Assembly: GCA_009840595.1 (NCBI GenBank)
Contig: VXNK01000005.1
Location: 18,467 to 82,466 of the forward strand
DNA: 64,000 bases
Reading direction: 5' to 3'
Source: Rhodospirillaceae bacterium
GTDB lineage: Bacteria > Pseudomonadota > Alphaproteobacteria > Bin65
The notes under the pieces are model-generated. The model ran no database searches. It was not told the DNA's origin and worked only from the letters and a program-made list of their open reading frames with translations. This document shows, piece after piece, positions 1 to 8,557 of the stretch. The position numbers and the translations under genes were made by a program. Every line of letters begins with the position of its first letter. The first letter of the stretch is position 1.

Positions 1-148
1 ATTTCGGCGTCCCGTGCATGGCGATGGCGTGGCCCGAGACGATGCCGGTGACGATGCCGGGCGCCGCCGCGGCCTGGTCGGCGCGCGCCGGCGGCGAAAC
101 GGCACTCAGCAGGACCGGGACGGCCACAATCGCAACGATCCGACGCAT
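1..148 (-). CDS. yejA: N-terminus (partial, runs off window) of ABC peptide-binding protein, YejA-like
   Basis: Hand translation MRRIVAIVAVPVLLSAVSPPARA-DQ...HAIAMHGTPK: signal peptide followed by the HAIAMHGxPK motif typical of YejA; not in ORF track because truncated. Confidence 0.7.
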   Translation of the reverse strand, partial: MRRIVAIVAVPVLLSAVSPPARADQAAAAPGIVTGIVSGHAIAMHGTPK

Positions 149-227
149 GGGGCTATACGCATTCAAGCGGCGAAAAAGTAAAGGGACAGGATGCGGCGCG
201 CCGGCTGCGGGGAGACGGCCGGCCCTT

Positions 228-938
228 CTACCACGGCTCCCGGTAGGGCCGGAGTTCGACGTTGAAGCTCCAGGTGCTGCGGGGCTGGTGGGCGATGCGG
301 AAAAACTCGCCGGCGATGTCGGCCGGCTTGGCGTAGGAGTCGTCGGGCCGGTCGCCGCCCATCCGTTCGCGCACCCACGGGATATCGATCATCGCGTCGA
401 CGGTGATGTGGGCGACGTGGAGCCCTTTCGGCCCGAGTTCGCGCGCCAGCGCTTCGGCGAGGATGCGCTGGCCCGCCTTGGTCGGGGCGAAGCCGGTGAA
501 ATGCGGCTTGCCGCGCCAGGCGCCGGTGTTGCCGGTCACCAGCAGCGCTGCATCGCCGCGCTCGACCATCGCCGGCGCCAGTTCCTGCGCCGCGACCAGC
601 AGGGAGGACACGTTCACCCGGAAGGTGCGCTCGAAATCGCCGATGTCGATGTCCCGGTAGGGCGCGAAGACCGCGTAGGCGCCGTTGTAGATCGCCACTT
701 TCGGCACGCCGAGATCGGCGACGATCCGCGCGAGCGTCGCCCGCAGCGCCTCGTGATCGGTCACGTCGCAGGGGTAGGCGCGGCTGTCCGCAACGTCGCC
801 GGCGATCCGCTCCAGCCGCCCGGCCTTGCGCGCGATCATGGCGACGGCGTAGCCGCCTTCGGCAAAGCGCCGGACCAGCGCCTCGCCCGTGCCGGGGCCG
901 ACGCCGATGACGAGGCAGGCGGGCTTCGGTTCGGTCAT
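228..938 (-). CDS. SDR family NAD(P)-dependent oxidoreductase
   Basis: GVGPGTG Rossmann motif, NAG-like motif, FxxxK catalytic region, 236 aa. Confidence 0.9.
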   Translation of the reverse strand: MTEPKPACLVIGVGPGTGEALVRRFAEGGYAVAMIARKAGRLERIAGDVADSRAYPCDVTDHEALRATLARIVADLGVPKVAIYNGAYAVFAPYRDIDIGDFERTFRVNVSSLLVAAQELAPAMVERGDAALLVTGNTGAWRGKPHFTGFAPTKAGQRILAEALARELGPKGLHVAHITVDAMIDIPWVRERMGGDRPDDSYAKPADIAGEFFRIAHQPRSTWSFNVELRPYREPW

Positions 939-1237
939 GCCGCTTCCAGGGGAATTATGTCAGACAGATCGAGAGTCCTGCGAGCCTGGGCGAGATCGTA
1001 AGCGCGTTGCATGTTCATCCAGAATTCGGCTGAATTGCCGAAGAATTTTGCCAGCCGCATGGCGGTATCGACCGTCAGCGACGTCTCGCCCCTGACCAGC
1101 CGCTCGATCCGCGTCCGGGGCACGTTCAGCCGTTTCGCAAGCGCGATCGAGCTCATGCCCAGCGGTTCGAGATACAGTTGGACGAGCACCTCGCCCGGGT
1201 GGGAGGGATTTTCCATCGGGTCCGTCTTCCGCTTCAT
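935..1237 (-). CDS. higA: HigA family antitoxin (XRE HTH)
   Basis: HPGEVL...LAKRL..RIERLVRG..LT.DTAMRLAKFFG.SAEFWMNMQ..YDL signature. Confidence 0.95.
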   Translation of the reverse strand: MKRKTDPMENPSHPGEVLVQLYLEPLGMSSIALAKRLNVPRTRIERLVRGETSLTVDTAMRLAKFFGNSAEFWMNMQRAYDLAQARRTLDLSDIIPLEAA

Positions 1238-1519
1238 TCAGTGATAGTCGACGATTTCGACACGCGCCGGTCCCTGTTCGGTCCAGACGAAGCAGATGCG
1301 CCACTGGTCGTTGATGCGAATCGAGTGCTGACCGGCTCTGTCACCCTTCAATTCCTCAAGGCGGTTTCCCGGCGGAAACCTGAGATCGTCGAGGACCGTG
1401 GCAGCGTTCATTGCCGAAAGCATGGCGCGTGTCCGCTTGATCAAATCGGTAGGGAAGCCCTTGCCGTAACGATCCCGGATCGCATCCGCTGCGAGCTTTC
1501 CCCTCGTACTTACGATCAT
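1238..1519 (-). CDS. higB: HigB (RelE/ParE family, plasmid-killer-type) toxin
   Basis: [34 protein letters not shown] signature; start moved to ATG 1519 (MIVSTRGK). Confidence 0.93.
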   Translation of the reverse strand: MIVSTRGKLAADAIRDRYGKGFPTDLIKRTRAMLSAMNAATVLDDLRFPPGNRLEELKGDRAGQHSIRINDQWRICFVWTEQGPARVEIVDYH

Positions 1520-1529
1520 GCCCAGAAAC

Positions 1530-1546
1530 GTATCATACCATGATAC
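1530..1546. promoter_or_regulatory. Palindromic operator upstream of higBA (probable HigA site)
   Basis: Perfect GTATCAT-ACC-ATGATAC 11 bp upstream of higB start. Confidence 0.7.
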
Positions 1547-1597
1547 ATTGTTGCCGGCCAAGCGCCCGGCACTCACCGGCGCGGCGGGTATACAACT

Positions 1598-2206
1598 TTA
1601 CCCCTGCCCCCGGGAATCCAGCCACATGTCGAGATAGCGGATGCGGTCGTGGCCCCAGAAGGGTTCGCCGTCGGCGACCATGTGGGGCGTGCCGAAAATC
1701 CCGGCTGCGGCGGCCTCCCGGCTGGCGTCGGCGCAGGCTTCGGCCGCTGCCGCGTCGTCCGCCGCGGCGTCGACATCGGCCGCGGAGACCCCGGCCGAGG
1801 ATGCGGCCTTCTTCAGTGTGCGCAGTTCCGTCAGATCCGCCCCTTCGGCCCAGTAACCCTGCATCAGCGCCGCGGACAGGCGGTTGGCAAGCTCCGGGTC
1901 CTGCAACCGGATGCGCCAGATCAGGTGGCGCGCCTGGCTGAGATCGCCGCGCGGGAAGGACTTGGGAATGTTGAGCGGCAGGCCGAGCAGGCCGGCGGTG
2001 CGGGTGAAATCCTTCTTGATGTAGCGGCCCTTGGCGATCGGGTTGCCGATCGGCATGTAGTCGTGGATTTTCCAGACCGCCATCAGCGAGATCGGCACCC
2101 AGTCGATGCCGCGGCCGTGTTTCGCCGCCACCCGCTGCAATTCCGCGATGCCCAGATAGGTGTGGGCGGAGGGGAGGTCGAAGTAGAGGGTGATCGGGTC
2201 GGCCAT
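1598..2206 (-). CDS. 2-hydroxychromene-2-carboxylate isomerase / GST-kappa (DsbA-like) family
   Basis: YFDLPSAHTYL N-terminus, GIFGTPHM..DGEPFWGHDR C-terminus. Confidence 0.88.
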   Translation of the reverse strand: MADPITLYFDLPSAHTYLGIAELQRVAAKHGRGIDWVPISLMAVWKIHDYMPIGNPIAKGRYIKKDFTRTAGLLGLPLNIPKSFPRGDLSQARHLIWRIRLQDPELANRLSAALMQGYWAEGADLTELRTLKKAASSAGVSAADVDAAADDAAAAEACADASREAAAAGIFGTPHMVADGEPFWGHDRIRYLDMWLDSRGQG

Positions 2207-2245
2207 GATGCGGTCCTTCCGGGTTTGCGGTCACGCGTCAGGCAA

Positions 2246-3664
2246 TCAGGCCGGCAGCGATCGCGCAACCCCTGCAATCGTGTCGAACGCGCCCGCGACA
2301 TCCTCTTCCGCGGCGTCGAACTGGCCGGCGACGAACCGGATCGCGACCCGGCCGTTGTGAACGGTCTGGGTCAGGTAGATCGTGCCGTCGTCGTTGATCG
2401 CGTCGACCAGCCGCAGGTTGAGGTCGTCCAGGTCGTCTTCCGGAACGCCGTCCGGCGCGTAGCGGAAGGAAAACAGCGAAAGGACCGGCGCGGTGACGAT
2501 CTCGAAGCCGGGCTCGGCGGCCAGCCGCGCGGCGAGGGCTTCGGTCCAGCGAACATGGTTGCGGATGCGCTGCCGCAGCCCGTCCAGACCGTAGGCGCGC
2601 AGCAGGAACCAGACCTTGAGCGCCCGGAACCGGCGGCCGAGCGTGACCGACCATTCGCTGAAATTGACGATGCCGTCCTTGCCGTGGGTCCTGAGATATT
2701 CCGGCTGGATCGCCAGCGTGCGCACCAGCGTCTCCGGCGACCGGACGAAATGCGCCGAACATTCGACCGGCGCGCCGAGCCATTTGTGCGGATTGAGCAC
2801 GATGCTGTCCGCCAGCTCCACGCCGTCCCAGAAATGCCGGTACTCCGGGCAGATCATGGCGGAGCCGGCCCAGGCGGCGTCGACATGGCTGTAGAGGCCC
2901 TCTTCCGCCGCGACGGTGCAGACGGCGCGCGCATCGTCCATCGCGCCGACCGAGGTGCCGCCGACGCAGACGACGGCCCCGGCCGGCGTCATCCCCGCTG
3001 CCCGGTCGTCGCGGATCGCCCGTTTCAGCGCGTCGACATCCATCGCCAGTGCCGCATCGGTCGGCAGCTTGACCAGGTTGTCCTGCCCGAGTCCGGCGAC
3101 CCAGAGGGCCTTGTCGATCGAACTGTGGGTCTGGGCCGAGGCGTAGATCCTGAGCGGCGGCCGGCCGAACAGCCCTTCCCGGTTGCCCTGCCAGTCGAGG
3201 GCGCGCTCGCGCATGGTCAGCACGGCGCACAGGGTGGCGGTCGAGGCGGTATCCTGGAACACGCCCTTGAAATCGTCGGGCAGGCCGACCGCCTGGCGCA
3301 GCCAGTCGACCATCCTGATTTCAAGCTCGGTCGCCGCCGGCGAGGTCTGCCAGAGCATGCATTGCGCCGCCATGGCGCCGGCGAGCTGCTCGGCGACCGC
3401 CGCGGCGGGCGCGGCGTTGGACGGGAAATAGGCGAAGAAGCGCGGATGCTGCCAATGGGTCATGCCGCCGGGGATCAGCCGCTCGAAATCGGCGAAGATA
3501 TCCGCCATGTCGTGGGCGGCCTCCGGCGGCGCATCCGCAATCGCGGCGCCGATCGCGCCGGGCGCGGTCTGCGCCCGCACCGGCCGGTCGCGCAACGTCT
3601 CGCGATAGTCGGCGCTCCAGTCCGCCGCCTTGTGCGACCAGTGGCGGAAGTCGAAGTCTTCCAT
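2246..3664 (-). CDS. Group II PLP-dependent decarboxylase (aromatic-L-amino-acid decarboxylase-like)
   Basis: THWQHPRFFAYFPS, SPAATELE, HVDAAWAG, NPHKWLG (PLP lysine), LGRRFRALK. Confidence 0.92.
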   Translation of the reverse strand: MEDFDFRHWSHKAADWSADYRETLRDRPVRAQTAPGAIGAAIADAPPEAAHDMADIFADFERLIPGGMTHWQHPRFFAYFPSNAAPAAAVAEQLAGAMAAQCMLWQTSPAATELEIRMVDWLRQAVGLPDDFKGVFQDTASTATLCAVLTMRERALDWQGNREGLFGRPPLRIYASAQTHSSIDKALWVAGLGQDNLVKLPTDAALAMDVDALKRAIRDDRAAGMTPAGAVVCVGGTSVGAMDDARAVCTVAAEEGLYSHVDAAWAGSAMICPEYRHFWDGVELADSIVLNPHKWLGAPVECSAHFVRSPETLVRTLAIQPEYLRTHGKDGIVNFSEWSVTLGRRFRALKVWFLLRAYGLDGLRQRIRNHVRWTEALAARLAAEPGFEIVTAPVLSLFSFRYAPDGVPEDDLDDLNLRLVDAINDDGTIYLTQTVHNGRVAIRFVAGQFDAAEEDVAGAFDTIAGVARSLPA

Positions 3665-3758
3665 GTCTGTATCCCGTTGTTTTCCCGCCGGTTCGGGGCA
3701 GGTCCGGTAGTGGATTGAGGCGGTACAGGTTACGCCCTGCGCCGGACGGCGGCCGCGT

Positions 3759-3827
3759 TCAGATCAGCACGCAGGTCGCGACCAGCCCGAGCACGCAGAA
3801 CAGCAGGAACATGAACATCCAGGGCAT
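3759..3827 (-). CDS. Putative 22-aa hydrophobic small protein MPWMFMFLLFCVLGLVATCVLI
   Basis: ATG..TGA, all 22 codons end in G/C, entirely hydrophobic, co-oriented between M24 peptidase and decarboxylase; weak RBS. Confidence 0.55.
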   Translation of the reverse strand: MPWMFMFLLFCVLGLVATCVLI

Positions 3828-3848
3828 CGGCCGGCTACTTCACGACTG

Positions 3849-5000
3849 CTATTTCACGACCAGGTCGAGCGGCGCCCGGGTCAGGGCCTCGCACCCCGTT
3901 CCGGTGACCGCCACGGTCTGGCCGGTCGTCATGGCGAGGCCGGCATCAGAATCGAAGATGATGATGTGGATGAAGAAGACCATGCCGGGCGCGGCCTCCA
4001 CGGCATTGCCGCGGAAGAACATCGGCCAGTCCATCCAGTTCGGCGCATAGGTCGCGCCGAGTGAATAGCCGCAGGCGTTGAGCCGGTGCGCCTGCATGCC
4101 GGCCGCGTCGATCACCCGTGCATGGGCGTCGAACACGTCGCCGACCGGACGGCCGGGGCGGAGCGCGTCCCTTGCGGCGTCGAGCGCCTCGACGGCGACC
4201 TTGTGCATCCCGACCTGCCGGGCCGGCGGCGTGCCGACGCACAGGGTGCGCATGAGGCAGGCGTGATAGCGCCGGTAGACGCCGGCGAATTCCAGGGTGA
4301 GCTGGTCCTGCGCATCCAGATGCCGCCGGCCGGTGAAATACCGGCACAGCAGCGCCTGCGGTCCCGAGCCGACGATGAATTCGTTGCCCGGATAGTCGCC
4401 GCCGCCGCGGAAGACAGCGCCCTGCATGGCGGCGAGAATGTCGCCCTCGAAGGCGCCGGGCCCGGCATGGGCGACCGCTTCGTCCCAGGCCGCATCGGCC
4501 AGTTCGGCGGCGCGGCGCACATAGGCCATCTCCGCCGGGCTCTTGACCAGCCGCAGCCGGGTCACCAGCCGGGAAGCGTCCTCGAGCCGGCAGAAACCGT
4601 CCAGCGCGGCTTCGACGGCGCGCCCGTTGTTGGCGGTCAGGCCGTAGGCCTCCCACTCCACGCCCAGCCGTTTGCCGCGACAGCCATGCCCGTCCAGAAT
4701 GTCGCGCAGTTGCGCCGCCGGGCCGGCGTCCGGCCGGTCGACCCAGATGCGGATGTCTTCGATCACGGAGGTCTGCTGCGCCTGCCGCAGGTCCGGGGCG
4801 CGGGTGAGCAGCGTCATCGTGCCGTCCGCGCCGAGATAGAGGCACTGGAAATAGACGTAGCCGAAGGTGTCGTAGCCGGTCAGCCAGAACATCGATTCCT
4901 GACGGAAGCACAGCAGGCCGTCCAGCCCGGCCTCGGCCATCGCGGCGCAGGTCCGCGCCTGCCGCTCCGCCAGTTCCGCCTCGGCAAAATGCAGCGGCAC
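3849..5000 (-). CDS. M24 family Xaa-Pro peptidase
   Basis: Creatinase N-domain (LTGYDTFGY), LRLVKSPAE, pita-bread C-domain; GTG start overlaps pgeF stop. Confidence 0.9.
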   Translation of the reverse strand: MPLHFAEAELAERQARTCAAMAEAGLDGLLCFRQESMFWLTGYDTFGYVYFQCLYLGADGTMTLLTRAPDLRQAQQTSVIEDIRIWVDRPDAGPAAQLRDILDGHGCRGKRLGVEWEAYGLTANNGRAVEAALDGFCRLEDASRLVTRLRLVKSPAEMAYVRRAAELADAAWDEAVAHAGPGAFEGDILAAMQGAVFRGGGDYPGNEFIVGSGPQALLCRYFTGRRHLDAQDQLTLEFAGVYRRYHACLMRTLCVGTPPARQVGMHKVAVEALDAARDALRPGRPVGDVFDAHARVIDAAGMQAHRLNACGYSLGATYAPNWMDWPMFFRGNAVEAAPGMVFFIHIIIFDSDAGLAMTTGQTVAVTGTGCEALTRAPLDLVVK

Positions 5001-5833
5001 TATCCGGCCTCTCCGGTCAGGCAGATCGCCGAGACGTTGCGGCCGTAATCCCGATGGCCGCGATGGGTGTTGCGCCGGTAGCTGAACAGCCTGTCCGGGT
5101 TCGCATAGGTATCGAGCCCGGTGTCGCAGACGGCGGCAAGGCCGGCGGCTTCCAGTTGCGCGACGATGTAGCCGCCCAGGTCGAATTGAAAATGTCCCGC
5201 CCGCGCGCCGGCACGGAAATACCGGGCGTTGTCCTTGTGCTGCTCAAGAAAGGGCGCGGGGAACTCCGGGCCGACTTCGTAGGAAGCCTGCCGGATGCAC
5301 GGGCCGAGCGCGGCGACAATTCGCGAGCGGTCCGCGCCGAGCCTTTCCATCGCCGCGACCGCGTTCGGCAGCACGCCGGCCAGCGCGCCTTTCCATCCGG
5401 CATGGGCGGCGCCGACCACCCGCGCTTCCGCATCCGCCAGCAGGACCGGTCCGCAATCGGCCGCCAGCACGCCGAGCCCGAGGCCCGGCCGGTCCGTCAC
5501 CATGGCGTCGCAGCGCGGCCGGGTTTCGCGGGTCCAGGGTTCCGTGACGGCGACCGCCCGGTCGCTGTGGCACTGGTATGCGGAGACGAGAGCGGTCTCC
5601 GCGACCCCGAGTTCCCCGGCCACACGCCGCCGGTTCTCCCTGACCGCGCCGGGGTCGTCGCCGGACCCCTGCCCGCCGTTCAGTGAGGCGTAGAGGCCCG
5701 TGCTGACGCCGCCCCGGCTGCCGAAAAAGCCGTGGCGGATGCCGGGCAACCCGTCCAGCGGCGGCGCCGAAGCGACCGCAAGCGCCCGGCGCACGGCGGA
5801 TATTCCTGCCCCGGTAAGCTCCACGACCGTCAC
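5000..5833 (-). CDS. pgeF: PgeF/YfiH (purine nucleoside phosphorylase, laccase-domain) protein
   Basis: HGFFGSRGGVS, QCHS, CDAMVT..GVLAADCGPVLL, HAGWKG, LFSYRR; GTG 5833 with AGGAGG 8 nt upstream. Confidence 0.92.
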   Translation of the reverse strand: MTVVELTGAGISAVRRALAVASAPPLDGLPGIRHGFFGSRGGVSTGLYASLNGGQGSGDDPGAVRENRRRVAGELGVAETALVSAYQCHSDRAVAVTEPWTRETRPRCDAMVTDRPGLGLGVLAADCGPVLLADAEARVVGAAHAGWKGALAGVLPNAVAAMERLGADRSRIVAALGPCIRQASYEVGPEFPAPFLEQHKDNARYFRAGARAGHFQFDLGGYIVAQLEAAGLAAVCDTGLDTYANPDRLFSYRRNTHRGHRDYGRNVSAICLTGEAG

Positions 5834-5969
5834 CCCCGCATCCTCCTGCCGCGCCGGTCTGCCGGCTCCGTCGCCGGCGGGCCCCGCCGCTGCACGGCGA
5901 ATGGTGCCGGATACCGCCGGCCCGTGCAAACCGGCGGGCGGCCGCGGGCCATACGCCCGTCGGCGTCGG

Positions 5970-7070
5970 TCACGGCGAAAATCCGGGCAGGGGGCCGCAG
6001 GACGGCGCGGCGACCGCCATCGCCTTGAAAGCCGTTCCCATCCCCGCCGGATCGAGCAGCCTGTCGATAGCGGCGTCGACCGCCGTTGCGTCTTCCGGCG
6101 CCGCCGACGGCTTGAGCGCCGCCCGGCGCGCTTCGACCCCCAGCGATCGCAGAAAGCCGGCCTGTTCGACCGGCCCGAGCACCGTGGCGCCCGCCTGCTC
6201 GGCCGTCATGCGAAGCCGGCCGAAATCGACGTCCACGCTCAGGTCGGTCGCCCCGATGCCGTCCAGCGGATCGACGAGCCTGTGGCCCCTGATTCCGCGC
6301 AGCGTCGACCGGCCGGCGGGAAGGTTGCCGCCGTAATCGACCAGCAGAGCGGCGCCGCCGCGGCCGACGATCCGGCGCGCCGCCTCGCGGACGAAGGCAA
6401 GGGCGTCGGGCTGAACTTCACCGATCCCGCCCGTTTCGGCCGTCTCGGGCAGCGACAGGCCGGACGCCGCGACGGCAGCGGCCGGATCGCCCATCGAATC
6501 GGCCGCGGCGGCGAAGACCAGCCGGTCGTCCTCTCCGAGCGCAACCGTCCGTTCGCGCCAGCCGTCCGGCGTCATCGCGAACTGCCGGACCGGCAGGGCA
6601 TCGAGAAATTCGTTGGCGACCAGGAACAGCGGGCCGTCCGGCAGCCCGTCCAGGCCCTCGATCCAGACCGGCGCCGCCTCGGCCAGGATCTCCGCCTGAG
6701 CGGCGCGCAAGGTTTCGTTGCTCTCGATCAGGTGAAGGCGTGCGGCGGCGGCGAAATCGGGAACGACGCGCCGGACCGCCCGCAGGGCGTCGGCCATCAG
6801 CACGCCGCGGCCGGGGCCGGCCTCGCACAGGATGCAGGGATCGGGCCGTCCGGCCCGGTCCCACGCTTCGGCCAGCCACAGGCCGACCAGTTCCCCGAAA
6901 ACCTGGCTGATTTCCGGCGCGGTAATGAAATCGCCGCTGCGCCCGATCGCCGCCGCGCTCCGGTAGTAGCCGTGCTCGGGATGCTGCAGGGCGAGCGCCA
7001 TGAACCGGGAGACCGGCATGGGCCCGGTCTGCGCGATCATGCGCCGGACCGTCCGGTCGAGCGGCGTCAC
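5970..7070 (-). CDS. NDUFAF7/MidA family SAM-dependent methyltransferase
   Basis: GYY...GDFITAPEISQVFGEL, EAGPGRG, ANEFLDALP; GTG 7070 overlaps lgt stop (GTGA). Confidence 0.9.
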   Translation of the reverse strand: MTPLDRTVRRMIAQTGPMPVSRFMALALQHPEHGYYRSAAAIGRSGDFITAPEISQVFGELVGLWLAEAWDRAGRPDPCILCEAGPGRGVLMADALRAVRRVVPDFAAAARLHLIESNETLRAAQAEILAEAAPVWIEGLDGLPDGPLFLVANEFLDALPVRQFAMTPDGWRERTVALGEDDRLVFAAAADSMGDPAAAVAASGLSLPETAETGGIGEVQPDALAFVREAARRIVGRGGAALLVDYGGNLPAGRSTLRGIRGHRLVDPLDGIGATDLSVDVDFGRLRMTAEQAGATVLGPVEQAGFLRSLGVEARRAALKPSAAPEDATAVDAAIDRLLDPAGMGTAFKAMAVAAPSCGPLPGFSP

Positions 7071-7945
7071 CCGTCGTCCGCCGCCGGGTTGACGGCGGCT
7101 GCCGCTCTGTTCCGTGCGCGCAGGATCAGCCAGATGCCGAGGGCGACCAGCGGCAGGGAGAGCAACTGCCCCATGGTGACGAAGCCGAACAGGAAGCCGC
7201 TGTCGGGCAGGAAGGCATCGGGCTGGCGGAAGAATTCCACGACGAAGCGCGCAAGCCCGTAGCCGGCGCAGAACAGGCCGGCCAGTTCGCCGGGCCGGTC
7301 GAGGGCGCCCGCCCGCCGGCGCCACAGGTTGATGACGACGAGCAGCAGCAGCCCTTCGAGAAAGGCTTCGTAGAGCTGCGACGGGTGGCGCGGCAGCGGC
7401 CCGCCGCCCGGGAAAACCATCGCCCACGGCACGTCGCTGACGCGGCCCCAGAGCTCGCCGTTGACGAAGTTGGCCAGCCGCCCGAGCAGCAGCCCCAGCG
7501 GCGCGGCGCAGGCCGCCAGATCGCCGGCGGAGAACATGTCGATGCGCCGCTTGCGGCAGAACAGGACGATGGCGAGCGCCACGCCGATCAGCCCGCCGTG
7601 AAACGCCATGCCGCCCTGCCACAGGGCGAAAATCCGCTCCGGGTTCGCCAGGTAGAAACCCGGCTTGTAGAACAGCACATAGCCGAGCCGGCCGCCGACG
7701 ATCACGCCCAGCGCCGCCCAGAACATCAGGTCGTCGACCGCCCGGTCGTCCAGGGTCCGCGATCCGGCCCGCGATCCGGCCCGCGATCCGGCCCGCTGGG
7801 TGCCGGCCAGGCGGCGCATGAACCACCAGGCGAAGGCCAGCCCGCCGACATAGGCCAGCGCATACCACCGGATTTCGACCGGCCCGAGCCGGACCAGCAC
7901 CGGATCGATCGACGGATAGGGAAGCGCGAGGAGGATCGGATCCAT
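7067..7945 (-). CDS. lgt: Prolipoprotein diacylglyceryl transferase
   Basis: IRWYALAY, GGRLGYVL, GGMAFHGG, GRLANFVNGELWGR, RHPSQLYE, RFVVEFFRQPD. Confidence 0.97.
   Translation of the reverse strand: MDPILLALPYPSIDPVLVRLGPVEIRWYALAYVGGLAFAWWFMRRLAGTQRAGSRAGSRAGSRTLDDRAVDDLMFWAALGVIVGGRLGYVLFYKPGFYLANPERIFALWQGGMAFHGGLIGVALAIVLFCRKRRIDMFSAGDLAACAAPLGLLLGRLANFVNGELWGRVSDVPWAMVFPGGGPLPRHPSQLYEAFLEGLLLLVVINLWRRRAGALDRPGELAGLFCAGYGLARFVVEFFRQPDAFLPDSGFLFGFVTMGQLLSLPLVALGIWLILRARNRAAAAVNPAADDG
7757..7796. repeat. Perfect 12-bp tandem repeat (CCGCGATCCGGC)x3.3 inside lgt, encoding (RAGS)n
   Basis: Directly visible; in frame. Confidence 0.95.
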
Positions 7946-8188
7946 CGGCGGTCAGCTACAGGGCAGCAACAGGAATCGCCGGCCGGCGCCTTGCGCGATG
8001 CATCGGCCCGCACACCGCCGTCGGGACGTTGGCCGGACAACCGGACCCGGCGGCCGGAACTACGGACGCCTTATACGTTTGAGGCCGAACGGCGGCAATG
8101 TCCGGCAGTGTCCCGGTCCGGCTTGCAGCGCCGGCGGGAAGGGGCCCGGGCGGATTCAAGAAATTTCACCTATTTTTTGCTTTTTTCC

Positions 8189-8217
8189 TTGACATTCCGA
8201 CATCTGTCTCCTATATC
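8189..8217 (+). promoter_or_regulatory. Sigma70-like promoter at left end of non-coding island A
   Basis: TTGACA-17bp-TATATC preceded by an AT-rich UP-like tract (8159-8188). Confidence 0.6.
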
Positions 8218-8321
8218 GGTTCCTGCCAACGCCCGAACTGCGCCCGAAGCCCCCCGCGGGCGTCTTTCCCGTCCGTTCCGCCCGGCAAAGCAAGGCATCC
8301 CCTTTGGGTCGGAGGATGCGG

Positions 8322-8338
8322 CATGACATTTCATGACA
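8322..8338. repeat. CATGACA x2 at 10-bp period
   Basis: CATGACATTTCATGACA; same motif is arrayed at 45639-45862. Confidence 0.85.
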
Positions 8339-8364
8339 CATCCCGGGACCGTCATCCCGACTGG

Positions 8365-8447
8365 CCGTCCCCCTCATCGCCCTCCCGACCGACCATCCCC
8401 TCATCGTCATCCCGACCGACCGTCCCCCTCTTCGTCATCCCGACCGA
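8365..8447. repeat. Three 27-28-bp tandem copies of the REP left end
   Basis: CCGTCCCCCTCATCGTCATCCCGACCGA-like units at 8365, 8393, 8420; no spacers. Confidence 0.9.
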
Positions 8448-8557
8448 AGCGAAGCGAGCGGAGGGATCTCGGCTCGATCGCGGCAATGCAACACCCCGAG
8501 TCCAGCGACGAGATTCCTCCACTTCGCGGACTGGCGTCCGCTCCGGTCGGAATGACG
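8433..8557. repeat. CGTC-type REP/MITE-like palindromic element, copy 1
   Basis: TIR CGTCATCCCGACCG...CGGTCGGAATGACG, internal stem GGAGGGATCTC/GAGATTCCTCC; right end duplicated at 8575. Confidence 0.9.

Noticed and set aside
1649-3718. Long antisense ORFs (also 27319-29247, 32864-34966, 51993-53945 and many others)
   Set aside because: Shadow ORFs opposite well-supported genes; expected in high-GC DNA with strong GC3 bias
5970-7868. 632-aa ORF suggesting a long methyltransferase or an lgt fusion
   Set aside because: The upstream part is an alternative frame of lgt; the real start is GTG 7070 overlapping the lgt stop
8365-8447. CRISPR array (27-28-bp repeats)
   Set aside because: Units are directly adjacent with no unique spacers, derive from the REP end, and no cas genes are present
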